The position numbers and the translations under genes are program-made. A stretch of 64,000 nt of DNA from a virus (Duplodnaviria > Caudoviricetes), in IMG/VR virus record IMGVR_UViG_3300031420_000495, positions 1 to 64,000 of that record. One strand, given 5' to 3'. Shown here piece by piece: positions 38,361 to 47,083 of the stretch. The first letter of the stretch is position 1, and each line of letters starts with the position of its first letter. Below the pieces are notes generated by a model that worked only from the letters and a program-made list of their open reading frames with translations, was not told the DNA's origin and did no database searches.

Positions 38361-38701
38361 AGGCCTTGCTTCTATCGTTGATGCTCATGTCTTCAGCCGC
38401 AATGGCTCAGGACATGATTACCTGCAAATATGATGGGAGTCAGATCGAGATGAATGCGTGCGCTGTGTGGGATTACAACGCAGCAGATTCGGTGCTCAAC
38501 CAGGAATATCAGAAAACGTTGGAACGTCTTGATGATCCTGGTCGAGATAAGCTTCGCGCAGAACAGCGCGAGTGGATAAAGCGTCGTGATGCTCGTTGCA
38601 AACCGAAGCGCATTGGCAACGGATCGAACTCCACGATCGAGTACTACACCTGCATGCAGAACTTCACGGAAATCCGTTCGCTGCAGCTTAAGACTTGGTA
38701 A
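38357..38701 (+). CDS. Secreted lysozyme-inhibitor LprI (DUF1311) family protein
   Basis: Signal peptide; C....Q.EMN.CA......AD..LN..YQ.....L.....LR.EQR.WI..RD..C........C......R...L. Confidence 0.85.
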   Translation: MKALLLSLMLMSSAAMAQDMITCKYDGSQIEMNACAVWDYNAADSVLNQEYQKTLERLDDPGRDKLRAEQREWIKRRDARCKPKRIGNGSNSTIEYYTCMQNFTEIRSLQLKTW

Positions 38702-39932
38702 GTCTCAGATTCAAACTCTTAATCAGCCCTGGAATATCCTGCAGGTACTCTGCAGGGATTCCGTCAATACCGTCGTGAACCATTACACCATGGCGATCGA
38801 CAGCCTCCCAGATTTTATACCTCGCCTCACGTTCCCATTCGAAATACGACGAGAACACTTGCTTCTGGTTCGCCCGTGACGGGTTGAATCCAAGTTCGCT
38901 CATGCACACGATCTTGCGAGCACGTGCATACTGCTTTGCGATCGCTGACAACCGTTCACCAATGCGAATCAGATTCGATGGTGTAATGTCCTCAGCTGCT
39001 TTGATGATGATGTCTCGTGTGATTGAGTAGCTGCTCGGCCCAACCAGAATGCCCGGAGAAATCTTCGATCCATTGGCAAGGCTCATGCAGATTTTCTTCA
39101 CAACCCCGATATTTTCGTCGTTGTATTCCAGACCGAGGATGTCCATGCAGATTTCTTTCCGCCATTGTTTCTTGTCGCTCAACGAGCGAAGCAAGTCCGG
39201 GAATAGAAGCTGCACCATGTCTACTTGACGGCCGTATGCTTCGTGCACATGCTCCATCAAGTATTGGGTATACGCTGATTCAATATCGATGCCTTCACCG
39301 AACAAAGCTTCACGCAGCCATGATGGCCACGTTTCAACTGCGGCAACAGGCCACACTGACGTGTCGCGGAGTTGAAGCTTTCCTGCCGGAACGAAATAGA
39401 AGTTGACCTCCGGGCTTGGACGATTCAACAACCATTCTACTGGAGCAAGCAGATCGAGCCGACCAGACTTTGTCAGCCTTGCGAGGATTGCGGCTTTGTT
39501 CTGCTGCTGGACGTAAACCTTCGACACGGTTCCTTCCGCCGGCAAAGGCGGAGGAACGTATACGAGTTTTCGAGCAACGATTGGTGCAATGACTTCGGTT
39601 GGAAGTTTGCGTGGGATGACGGTACTGATTTCGTGACGATCGCCTACATGAAAGCCGGTCTGGACGATTTCGAAGAAATAGTCGAAGACGGTTTTGTAAT
39701 CATAGACCCATTCCCGCAGAGACATCAGACGCAAAGGAATTCGGCAGAATCCCAGTGGGTGACCAGACCTGATTGCCGCACGATGAATGTTTGCGAGATA
39801 CAAGATCAGGTCTTGCCTGTCTCGCATCATTCGTGGATGACGGCGGTCAATGTCGGGATAAAAGTTGTTGACGTTCAACGGGTCAAGTGCGTGCAGCTGC
39901 TCAGGGCTGCTCACACGATAGATGATCGTCAT
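38688..39932 (-). CDS. Family A polymerase-fold-like protein (motifs A/B/C), function unknown
   Basis: GIDIESAY (A), VKKICMSLANG (B), VMVHDGI (C) in the correct order. Confidence 0.5.
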   Translation of the reverse strand: MTIIYRVSSPEQLHALDPLNVNNFYPDIDRRHPRMMRDRQDLILYLANIHRAAIRSGHPLGFCRIPLRLMSLREWVYDYKTVFDYFFEIVQTGFHVGDRHEISTVIPRKLPTEVIAPIVARKLVYVPPPLPAEGTVSKVYVQQQNKAAILARLTKSGRLDLLAPVEWLLNRPSPEVNFYFVPAGKLQLRDTSVWPVAAVETWPSWLREALFGEGIDIESAYTQYLMEHVHEAYGRQVDMVQLLFPDLLRSLSDKKQWRKEICMDILGLEYNDENIGVVKKICMSLANGSKISPGILVGPSSYSITRDIIIKAAEDITPSNLIRIGERLSAIAKQYARARKIVCMSELGFNPSRANQKQVFSSYFEWEREARYKIWEAVDRHGVMVHDGIDGIPAEYLQDIPGLIKSLNLRLTKS

Positions 39933-39938
39933 GTCGAA

Positions 39939-40142
39939 TTACTTCACCGAGGTTTGGCGTTCGTGTTTCTTCAGGTGACGGTAGATACCGCGCAGCGAAT
40001 CCGGACGATTGATGATCGTGCTGGACAGATGCGATTGCGGTGCGTAGACGCGGTCGAGGGAAACCGAGCGACCGGCATCGATCATGTATGCAGCCATCTT
40101 GACTGCTTCGCGGCGAAGTTGTTTTGCGTGTTTTGCGTTCAT
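39939..40142 (-). CDS. Small basic hypothetical protein
   Basis: RBS ACGGAG; extended -10 TGCTACAAT at 40186-40178. Confidence 0.7.
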   Translation of the reverse strand: MNAKHAKQLRREAVKMAAYMIDAGRSVSLDRVYAPQSHLSSTIINRPDSLRGIYRHLKKHERQTSVK

Positions 40143-40189
40143 AAAAGCTCCGTGGTTATTGAAAGGACGACGGAGCTATTGTAGCACGT

Positions 40190-41044
40190 TTAGATACCGA
40201 GAACGTCGAAAATTTCGTCCGCGTCGATTCCTTCTACTTTGGCTTTCTTGACGAGGGCTTTCAAGTCTGCCTTCGTAAGTTCACCACTGTATTCTTTGCC
40301 GGTGGTTTGGATCGCGTTCACGACAGCTTGAGGCAGTGTGCTGGCGTTCAGCTTCTTGACGATGTTGGCCACAGTCAGTGCATTCGCATTACGCTGGCGA
40401 GACTTCTCGTCATAGTGAGCGATGGTAGCTTCGTTGACCATGCCGGCCATCTTCTTGATCTTGTCAAGCTTGCTGTCGAAACGGGTTGCCCAGGACATGA
40501 TTGACTTGAAGAAAGCTTTCGCACGTTCAATGATACCTTCTTCGAGAACTTCCTCGTTGACTTCTTTCGAAACAGTCAGGCGTTTGATCGGCGGCTTCGG
40601 TGGTACGATCGTCGTATACTTTTCAGTAATCATGTCGACGCGGCTTTGCAGCTCGTCTGGAATGAGTGCTGACAAAGCAGCGATGACTTTCTCATAGTCA
40701 ATCTGTTTTGTCGGTTCACCCTTCTGGACTTCCTTGGCCATCGTCAGCGTGAACTGCGCTGTTTCAACGACACGTGTAAGTACAACGTCTTCGGCATTGA
40801 AGTAGTCTTGGATGTCGCCCTTCAGACGAGTGTTGAGCGCATCGTGCTCTTCCTTCATCTTCTTGATGCTGGCGTCCAGGCGAGCGTAACGCCGGGCGAG
40901 CTTTGTCATGCTGGCGGATTCGGTTCCGCTCAGCTTTGCGGTCACACGGTCAAGTGCGCCTTTGACTTGCTTCTCAGTGTACTTCGCGCTGTCTTTGCGA
41001 GCCTCGAGTAAGACGAGATGTTCTTTGAATGTCGGATAGTTCAT
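40190..41044 (-). CDS. Putative internal head (poly)protein (leader MNYPTFKEHLVLLE)
   Basis: Late TAAATA at 41078-41073; internal V/L-x-E sites (VNEEVLEE, MVNEA). Confidence 0.65.
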   Translation of the reverse strand: MNYPTFKEHLVLLEARKDSAKYTEKQVKGALDRVTAKLSGTESASMTKLARRYARLDASIKKMKEEHDALNTRLKGDIQDYFNAEDVVLTRVVETAQFTLTMAKEVQKGEPTKQIDYEKVIAALSALIPDELQSRVDMITEKYTTIVPPKPPIKRLTVSKEVNEEVLEEGIIERAKAFFKSIMSWATRFDSKLDKIKKMAGMVNEATIAHYDEKSRQRNANALTVANIVKKLNASTLPQAVVNAIQTTGKEYSGELTKADLKALVKKAKVEGIDADEIFDVLGI

Positions 41045-41068
41045 GGAATTCCAGGGTGATAGAGCAAT

Positions 41069-41105
41069 TTCTTATTTAGCAGCTAATGCTATAATTTTCT
41101 GCGTT
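41069..41105 (+). repeat. Dispersed AT-rich element, copy 2
   Basis: ttcttatttagcagctaatgctataattttctgcgtt. Confidence 0.85.
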
Positions 41106-41310
41106 ATCCGTTTAGTTGCTGCTTACCCGCTGTCCTCGATTGATTTTCCCACATGCGTTGTGCGGAAATCAGTTCTGACATCTTGAATGTTTTGCCATTG
41201 AAAACCCAATGGCTTCCACGTCCTTCGAGTGTGAGTCCGCGCACGGATGCCTTCAGCGCTTCGAGTTCGCCTGGTGTCAGGGACGAGATTGGTGTGTATT
41301 CTACGAGCAT
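41104..41310 (-). CDS. Small hypothetical protein (MLVEYTPISS...)
   Basis: ATG at 41310 directly after tail-tube-like stop; ORF-track 41104..41607 is over-extended. Confidence 0.6.
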   Translation of the reverse strand: MLVEYTPISSLTPGELEALKASVRGLTLEGRGSHWVFNGKTFKMSELISAQRMWENQSRTAGKQQLNG

Positions 41311-41311
41311 G

Positions 41312-41791
41312 TTATTTCCTTTCAGTTGACGCTGATATGTCTGAAAATTGATATGATCCTGGCGGCAGCGCAGGTTGTGACGACTTGATTGCAAGATGCT
41401 TATATCCCACAACGACCTTGTGGGATGCAGCGCGACTCGGTGATGCGTAGTCAAGTGAGAACAGATGCGACTTGGTTTCCAGACAGGTAAATTGCATCTG
41501 AGAAATGACGCCTTCGCCACCATCCATTGCCTGAATGATAATCGCTGTAGGGCGTTGAACCAGGGACTGCAACAGTTCCAGGACTTCACCTGTGGCTGGT
41601 TGTTCAATCGTGAATGCCAGTTGCTTGTTCTTGAAATCAGTATCGATGCTGACGATTTGTGCCGTCAACTCAAGATTGTCTTCGATCCCGAAATCAGACG
41701 AACTGAATAGAACACGAAACTTGTTTTCAAGCAATGGCATCAAGATGCCTGCTGCTGTGCCTGGAATACCAAAATTTGATATAGATGCCAT
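41312..41791 (-). CDS. Tail tube protein-like (gp19-family paralog)
   Basis: ILMP...NKFRV.F...MDGG...I......C......LDYAS......V...Y. Confidence 0.6.
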   Translation of the reverse strand: MASISNFGIPGTAAGILMPLLENKFRVLFSSSDFGIEDNLELTAQIVSIDTDFKNKQLAFTIEQPATGEVLELLQSLVQRPTAIIIQAMDGGEGVISQMQFTCLETKSHLFSLDYASPSRAASHKVVVGYKHLAIKSSQPALPPGSYQFSDISASTERK

Positions 41792-41800
41792 AGTGTTTCC

Positions 41801-42397
41801 TTATTGAATTATGCCTGAGTATCGTGGATTCAACTGCGAGTCGGCCCACTCAGGAATAAAGCCGAGATTGGATCGGAAGAACAGAACTTCCCAGTTCGAT
41901 GCTGATGCGGTTCCGAGCTTGCTCAGCTTCGGGCGGACGATGATGAACTTGACCGTTTCAGGATCATTCAAACCCTTCACGATGATCGGCATGTCGAGCC
42001 CGATGATCCGAACTTCGGTCTCCGGTCCAAACTGCTTCAGTTCAAAGGCCGGAGCAGGTAACTGGATCGAATGGATCGTGGACGGGTGCGGAGCTGGCAA
42101 CGACCGTTGGCCCTTGTGCGTCTCGCAGAATCTCATGACCGCATGCAACATCGCGTTGTACGAGAAATCATTCATTCCGCCTTGCTTGACGAGCTGTTTG
42201 ATAGTTTCACGGTCTGGCACATGATAGCCATTGCCCGCGTTTCGTTGCCTGGCGTTGTACGGACCCAGGAAATTGTCGAGTGCTTGATGAACCCTGAAGT
42301 GTGCTGCGACCATGCTTTCCAGGTCGCTGTAATCTTTGGAATTGGCTGGACGGCGCGCGTCGAGGCGCACACTCCAGCGTGGTAGTGTGTCAGTCAT
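41801..42397 (-). CDS. Hypothetical protein; pattern resembles the TnpB/Cas12f N-terminal lobe without RuvC
   Basis: Start MTDTLPRW 4 nt after resolvase stop; see findings. Confidence 0.35.
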   Translation of the reverse strand: MTDTLPRWSVRLDARRPANSKDYSDLESMVAAHFRVHQALDNFLGPYNARQRNAGNGYHVPDRETIKQLVKQGGMNDFSYNAMLHAVMRFCETHKGQRSLPAPHPSTIHSIQLPAPAFELKQFGPETEVRIIGLDMPIIVKGLNDPETVKFIIVRPKLSKLGTASASNWEVLFFRSNLGFIPEWADSQLNPRYSGIIQ

Positions 42398-42401
42398 GAT
42401 T

Positions 42402-42953
42402 TTATTTCGGTGATACCCAGAACTCTGGATGCTTGATAAGTTCTTCGAACTCGTAGATGTCAATGTGCCTGCCAGGTTTGCAGAGCGTCAATGACGGCTG
42501 TGCGATGCCTTCCATGGTGCGAGCCAGGACTGCAACGAAGATTGGTGTGTGGTTCCACTTGAAGATGAGGACAGGTTCGCGACCGATCTTTGCCGAGTCG
42601 ACGACTGATTCTTCGAACCATTTGAATACGTTTGCCGCACCCGATACGAGGGACGTGAAGTTGTCCGTGGTCGCATACGATTTGCACTCGATCGAGTAAT
42701 GGAAACGATAGCCGACCACGTTCTCATTGACTGGAACGACGTCGGCATTGAATAGCTTGAGCGCTTCTTCGCCCATCATGGCACCGATGGTCGCCATGTT
42801 CTTCCCGCCGACACGAGCGCCGGAACCTGGGGAACGAATGAAGTTGATTGGGAGTGCTGCTGAGAGTTTCTTCGCGATCAGGGATTCGAATGCGTTACCC
42901 TTGCTCTTACCCATTCCTGGTTTGAGCGTGCGTTTTGGTTTTGCGTCTGGCAT
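42402..42953 (-). CDS. Holliday junction resolvase-like PD-(D/E)xK nuclease
   Basis: KSKGNAFE..IAK.L...RSPGSG...DVV...SIECKSY...WF.E....S......PVLIFK.N; late promoter 42988-42981. Confidence 0.8.
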   Translation of the reverse strand: MPDAKPKRTLKPGMGKSKGNAFESLIAKKLSAALPINFIRSPGSGARVGGKNMATIGAMMGEEALKLFNADVVPVNENVVGYRFHYSIECKSYATTDNFTSLVSGAANVFKWFEESVVDSAKIGREPVLIFKWNHTPIFVAVLARTMEGIAQPSLTLCKPGRHIDIYEFEELIKHPEFWVSPK

Positions 42954-42972
42954 ATAAAGGACCTCCGTATGG

Positions 42973-42988
42973 TGATCCTCTATTTACT
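42973..42988. repeat. 16-bp direct repeat containing late promoter, copy 1
   Basis: tgatcctctatttact, identical to 44851-44866. Confidence 0.85.
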
Positions 42989-43030
42989 GTTGTCAGATTG
43001 TCAGTCGTCTAGGCCCTACACGTTCATTGC

Positions 43031-43846
43031 TTAGATTGCTCCGGTAATTTCAACAATTCCAGGCGATCCAGAAGCAGCACTTGTCACAGACACTGCGTTG
43101 AATGCATCAGACGCTGAATAATTGTATCCAGGTCCACCACCAGGCGAAACTGCATCATCCGCCGCAAGACCACCAGGCCAACCGCCATACACGTTTTTAC
43201 CAACCCTTGTAAAACTTGTGGTTGCGATGCCGGTGTTATTTTGAAATCCTGTTGTCAGCCATCCTTCAATACCAGATGGCGATGTGCTTCGTGGCGCATA
43301 GGTTGTAGAATATGTGGTACCTGTTGTCTTTTTACCTTGATAAATCGAGTCATTACCACCGCCACTACCGTTTGCAAGAGCCAGCACTGTCCATTTACGG
43401 CTGTTCCATGTGACCTTGCCCGCCGCGTCTGCATACATCACAAGCGAAAATCCTCCGCCACCGCCAGCTGTTCCGTCGCCGGCAACTGTTGTATAATCGA
43501 TGTATCCGCCATTTCCGGCATAGAATACAACGTCAGTTCCTGCTGGCAAGGCTGGTGAGACAACATTGCTTAACTCTGTTGGCACACCTGGCAAAGAGCC
43601 ACCGTTACCTGTTGTGCCACAACCACCGCGAACTCGTACTGTAATTGGACCCGCAGCTTTTGTAGTAACCAGCATTAGATTTGGGGTTCCAGTGAGAACA
43701 CCCGAACTTTGAATCGGCGTAGTGTTCACGCGTTGATTTTGTACTGGTGAAGCAACGCGGCTGCTTCCCGAAGCGCCCTGCCAAGAAGCAGTTACAACAT
43801 TCCCAGTTGATTTTATAGCATTGGATTGAACACAAATAAGAGGCAT
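43031..43846 (-). CDS. Gly-rich putative fibre/decoration protein
   Basis: GAGGGG-type glycine-rich domain (VRVRGGCG...GGGGGFS...GGWPGG..PGGGPG). Confidence 0.6.
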   Translation of the reverse strand: MPLICVQSNAIKSTGNVVTASWQGASGSSRVASPVQNQRVNTTPIQSSGVLTGTPNLMLVTTKAAGPITVRVRGGCGTTGNGGSLPGVPTELSNVVSPALPAGTDVVFYAGNGGYIDYTTVAGDGTAGGGGGFSLVMYADAAGKVTWNSRKWTVLALANGSGGGNDSIYQGKKTTGTTYSTTYAPRSTSPSGIEGWLTTGFQNNTGIATTSFTRVGKNVYGGWPGGLAADDAVSPGGGPGYNYSASDAFNAVSVTSAASGSPGIVEITGAI

Positions 43847-43847
43847 A

Positions 43848-44339
43848 TCATGATCCAGTCTTTTTCACATACTGATTCGCGAAGTAGTTTGCCTTCTCGA
43901 CTGTGTACGTAAATTCGTCGCCATTGTCCTGACGGAGCATGAAGTCGCCTTTGGACAACTTGACAGTTTGTCCACCGGCTGCATCAGGGTCAGCTGTTGC
44001 GCTCAGCGTAACTTTGACAGGATCGCCATTGTACCGGAACGCATCGTAGACGTCGCCAGAACGGTATGTCACAAAACCTTCGGCATCAGGCTGCTGATTC
44101 GGACGCATCGGAGCGAAAGACGCATCAAGGTCTTCTTGACTCATTGTACCATAAGTCTTGCGTTTCCCTCGATCATCATACAACACCTCGTACGTTCCAC
44201 GCTTGCCTTCGATCGGGCGAACGTAGTAGACGGTTGTCGTGATGAACTGTGCAGAATCGCCTTCGTTCTCAGACCACAGTTCTTCTGCGGTCCGAGTCGG
44301 AATGGGTTCTTCAAACAGCTTGATTTCGGATAATTTCAT
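43848..44339 (-). CDS. Putative internal head protein (leader MKLSEIKLFE)
   Basis: Leader; late cassette. Confidence 0.6.
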   Translation of the reverse strand: MKLSEIKLFEEPIPTRTAEELWSENEGDSAQFITTTVYYVRPIEGKRGTYEVLYDDRGKRKTYGTMSQEDLDASFAPMRPNQQPDAEGFVTYRSGDVYDAFRYNGDPVKVTLSATADPDAAGGQTVKLSKGDFMLRQDNGDEFTYTVEKANYFANQYVKKTGS

Positions 44340-44833
44340 TCGTGGTATTTCCTGCCTTCACGACGAGCAGCATTCTTTTCACGCCAAGCTTCGCCTGCGT
44401 CCTTGTTGTCGAAAATGTCTCGCGCTTCTTTGTATGCATCCATGTACGGCTTGACGCTGTCCTTGCCGAACGACTTTTCGATCTGTGCTTTGGACAATGC
44501 TGGATGTCCCTTTGAACCTGCCGACTTCGCCAGCTTGATCGCAGCACGATCAGCACCACCGGCTTCGTTCAGGTCTTGATCTTCTTTCATCGCGGCCGTT
44601 TTCTGGGCAATGCGGGAACGACGATCATCGCCTTCTGCATCTTTGCCATCGAACTCGCGCTTGCCTTCTTTGTAGCCTTCGGAATATGGACCCCATGCTT
44701 GAGGGCCCAGATTCTTTTCGATGGTCTCACGTTTCGCGATTGGCTTACCAGCACGGCCGGTAGAACGGCCAAGGTCCATTGCTTTGCGTTCTTGGCCGCT
44801 CAGTGCTTCGAGAAGTTCTTGTAACAGTTTCAT
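44336..44833 (-). CDS. Putative internal head protein with two tandem ~65-aa repeats (leader MKLLQELLE)
   Basis: Repeats separated by DLNEA. Confidence 0.7.
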   Translation of the reverse strand: MKLLQELLEALSGQERKAMDLGRSTGRAGKPIAKRETIEKNLGPQAWGPYSEGYKEGKREFDGKDAEGDDRRSRIAQKTAAMKEDQDLNEAGGADRAAIKLAKSAGSKGHPALSKAQIEKSFGKDSVKPYMDAYKEARDIFDNKDAGEAWREKNAARREGRKYHE

Positions 44834-44850
44834 ATTGTTCCTCCAGTAAA

Positions 44851-44866
44851 TGATCCTCTATTTACT
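44851..44866. repeat. 16-bp direct repeat containing late promoter, copy 2
   Basis: tgatcctctatttact overlapping the gp46 stop. Confidence 0.85.
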
Positions 44867-46598
44867 CGGAAACTACAGAACTAAATCCATTCTCTTTGAC
44901 GATCTTCAAATCGTGGTCCAAACGGCCCTGAATCGATGGGCTGTGTGAGATAACGAACACCGACATGTTTTCTGTTCTGGACTTGTCCTTCAGGATTTTC
45001 ACGATCGATTCGATGCCCTGAACGTCAAGTGCGCCGTCCAGCTCGTCGATCATGAGCAGGTTCGTTTTGGCGTGCAAGTGGTGGAGGACGTCTCGGAAAG
45101 CCAGAGCCATCGCCGTATTGACACGTTTCTTCTCACCAGCCGACAGGTTTCCGAAGTCGAGTTCTCGACCGAATTCAGCAACCGTACATGACATATCAGC
45201 ATCGAATTTTACCACGTGGGGAAGACCCAAAGCATTCGTGTAATAATTGAGCCGTTCGTTCAGGAACGGAATCGACATGTTGATGATGCGTCGACGCACA
45301 AACGAGTGCTTGTCTGTGAGCAACTTCAGCAGGAATTGCTGGTGATCCAGACGGCGACGCAGCTTATCGACTTTCGTCGTATCAACGTTGTCACAACCTT
45401 CTGCGATCAGTTTCTCATGGGCTTCGGTGTGCGGATTGCTGGCGAGCGATAGCTCTTCGGCTTTCTTGCGGAGCACGGTCGAATTGGTGCGCGCATCGAT
45501 CAGTTCGTTCAGGTCAGTGTGCTTGATGAGCTTATTGACCTCGCCCAGACGATTCTTCCGAATATCTTCTTCAGCTTCCAGTGTCGAGATGTTCTCTTCA
45601 ACTTCAGCAAGTCGCGAGGACTTTTCTTCAAGAGCGGATACAATCCCGATCAGTTTGGCCGGAGCATCGACGAAAGGCTGCGTGCAGTACGGACACTGGG
45701 CATCTTCCAGATGAATCTTTTCCTTTGTCAGACGAGCAACATCGGAAGTCAGGATTGAACGATCCTTGCGAGCCGGCAACAGTTTCGCCGCGAGGTAAGC
45801 ACCACGCTGACTCAGCTGATTCTTCTCGTCATGCAGAGCTTGTTCGCCTTCGAAATCCACCTCGGCAATCTTCGCCAGGGTTTCATTGATGTCTGCGATT
45901 TCCTGAAGTCGATTCTCTTCCCAGCGTTTGACGCGTGCCGCAGCTTCGCGAACATGCTTCTTGTGCAGGTCGAGTGCAACCTCTTGTTGCTTGACGACAG
46001 CTTCGGCGATCTTGATGTCGGCTTCGGTTGTCTTGATCTTTTCTTTCAGGTTCTTCGCTTTGTCCGACAGCATGGTGATCTTGAACAACTCTTCGATCTG
46101 TGAACGTTGTGCTGCAATTGGGAGCTGAAGAAAAGCCGGGGAGTTACCTGAGAAAATAATGGTTTTGGTAAACAGTTCGTACGAAATCCCGATGATGTCC
46201 AGGATCATGTCGTCTGTTTCGTAGACTCCTTTGCCAGGTGTGATGTCTTCGCCATCGCGCCGAACTTCGATGCGGTATTCTTCACCGCGTGCGCGATAGA
46301 TGTCATACTCGACCCCGTCCTTTTCGAATATCAGACGGACTTCCATCTGCGTATTCTTTGTGGCATTGGTCGAGTTAATCAGTCTTTGCAGGGAGATATT
46401 GTCGAACGGCTTGTTGTATAATGCATAGCAAAGCGCGTTGATGATCGTGGTCTTGCCAGCTCCGTTGGAGCCACCTTTGTCCAGATTCTGGCCGGTGACT
46501 TCAACGGTTCCCTGGCCGTCCAGTTCGATAACGCTTTCGACGTTACCGAAGGACAGCATGTTCCTGATTGAAATACTTTTGAAGATGAGTGGTGTCAT
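44862..46598 (-). CDS. gp46: Recombination endonuclease subunit, SbcC/Rad50-like
   Basis: I.IRNMLSFGN, G.NGAGKTT, CPYC zinc hook, LSAGEKKR, LMIDELDG, VISH. Confidence 0.95.
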   Translation of the reverse strand: MTPLIFKSISIRNMLSFGNVESVIELDGQGTVEVTGQNLDKGGSNGAGKTTIINALCYALYNKPFDNISLQRLINSTNATKNTQMEVRLIFEKDGVEYDIYRARGEEYRIEVRRDGEDITPGKGVYETDDMILDIIGISYELFTKTIIFSGNSPAFLQLPIAAQRSQIEELFKITMLSDKAKNLKEKIKTTEADIKIAEAVVKQQEVALDLHKKHVREAAARVKRWEENRLQEIADINETLAKIAEVDFEGEQALHDEKNQLSQRGAYLAAKLLPARKDRSILTSDVARLTKEKIHLEDAQCPYCTQPFVDAPAKLIGIVSALEEKSSRLAEVEENISTLEAEEDIRKNRLGEVNKLIKHTDLNELIDARTNSTVLRKKAEELSLASNPHTEAHEKLIAEGCDNVDTTKVDKLRRRLDHQQFLLKLLTDKHSFVRRRIINMSIPFLNERLNYYTNALGLPHVVKFDADMSCTVAEFGRELDFGNLSAGEKKRVNTAMALAFRDVLHHLHAKTNLLMIDELDGALDVQGIESIVKILKDKSRTENMSVFVISHSPSIQGRLDHDLKIVKENGFSSVVSE

Positions 46599-47083
46599 TT
46601 ATGAACGTAGGGAGCAACGACCAAGTCTTTTGTCATTTCATCCGCCAAGCGATTGACGATTTCTTTTGACAGCAACTGGTCGTAAAATTGACTATGAGCA
46701 ATTATACCACGTTGCACTAGCTCAACAGTTTGTCTTATTTCAACGTCAGAAAGAGGCGCTGCTGGTGGAAAGTTCTCTGCACTGATTGGATACACGTCTT
46801 TGAAATAGTCGATGTCCATCTTGACATGATTGACGCATACTGGTTCATCGTACACGCCTTCATCGCAGCATGCATCTTCGCCCCAGTCGCCATCATCTTC
46901 TGGCCACTCGTCACCTGATGCAACGATTTCCGGGCCGTCATCCGATTCAGAATCGCAGCTGTCTTCACCATAGCCATAATAGCTGTACAGGGTATTGACG
47001 GCTTCGTCGAATGGTACGCCATTGAAGTCGAAGACTCCTTCGTCTCCGACTTTGCGTTCTGTTTTACGTGATGTGATTTTCAT
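46595..47083 (-). CDS. Acidic hypothetical protein between gp47 and gp46
   Basis: Coupled overlaps at both ends. Confidence 0.65.
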   Translation of the reverse strand: MKITSRKTERKVGDEGVFDFNGVPFDEAVNTLYSYYGYGEDSCDSESDDGPEIVASGDEWPEDDGDWGEDACCDEGVYDEPVCVNHVKMDIDYFKDVYPISAENFPPAAPLSDVEIRQTVELVQRGIIAHSQFYDQLLSKEIVNRLADEMTKDLVVAPYVHK

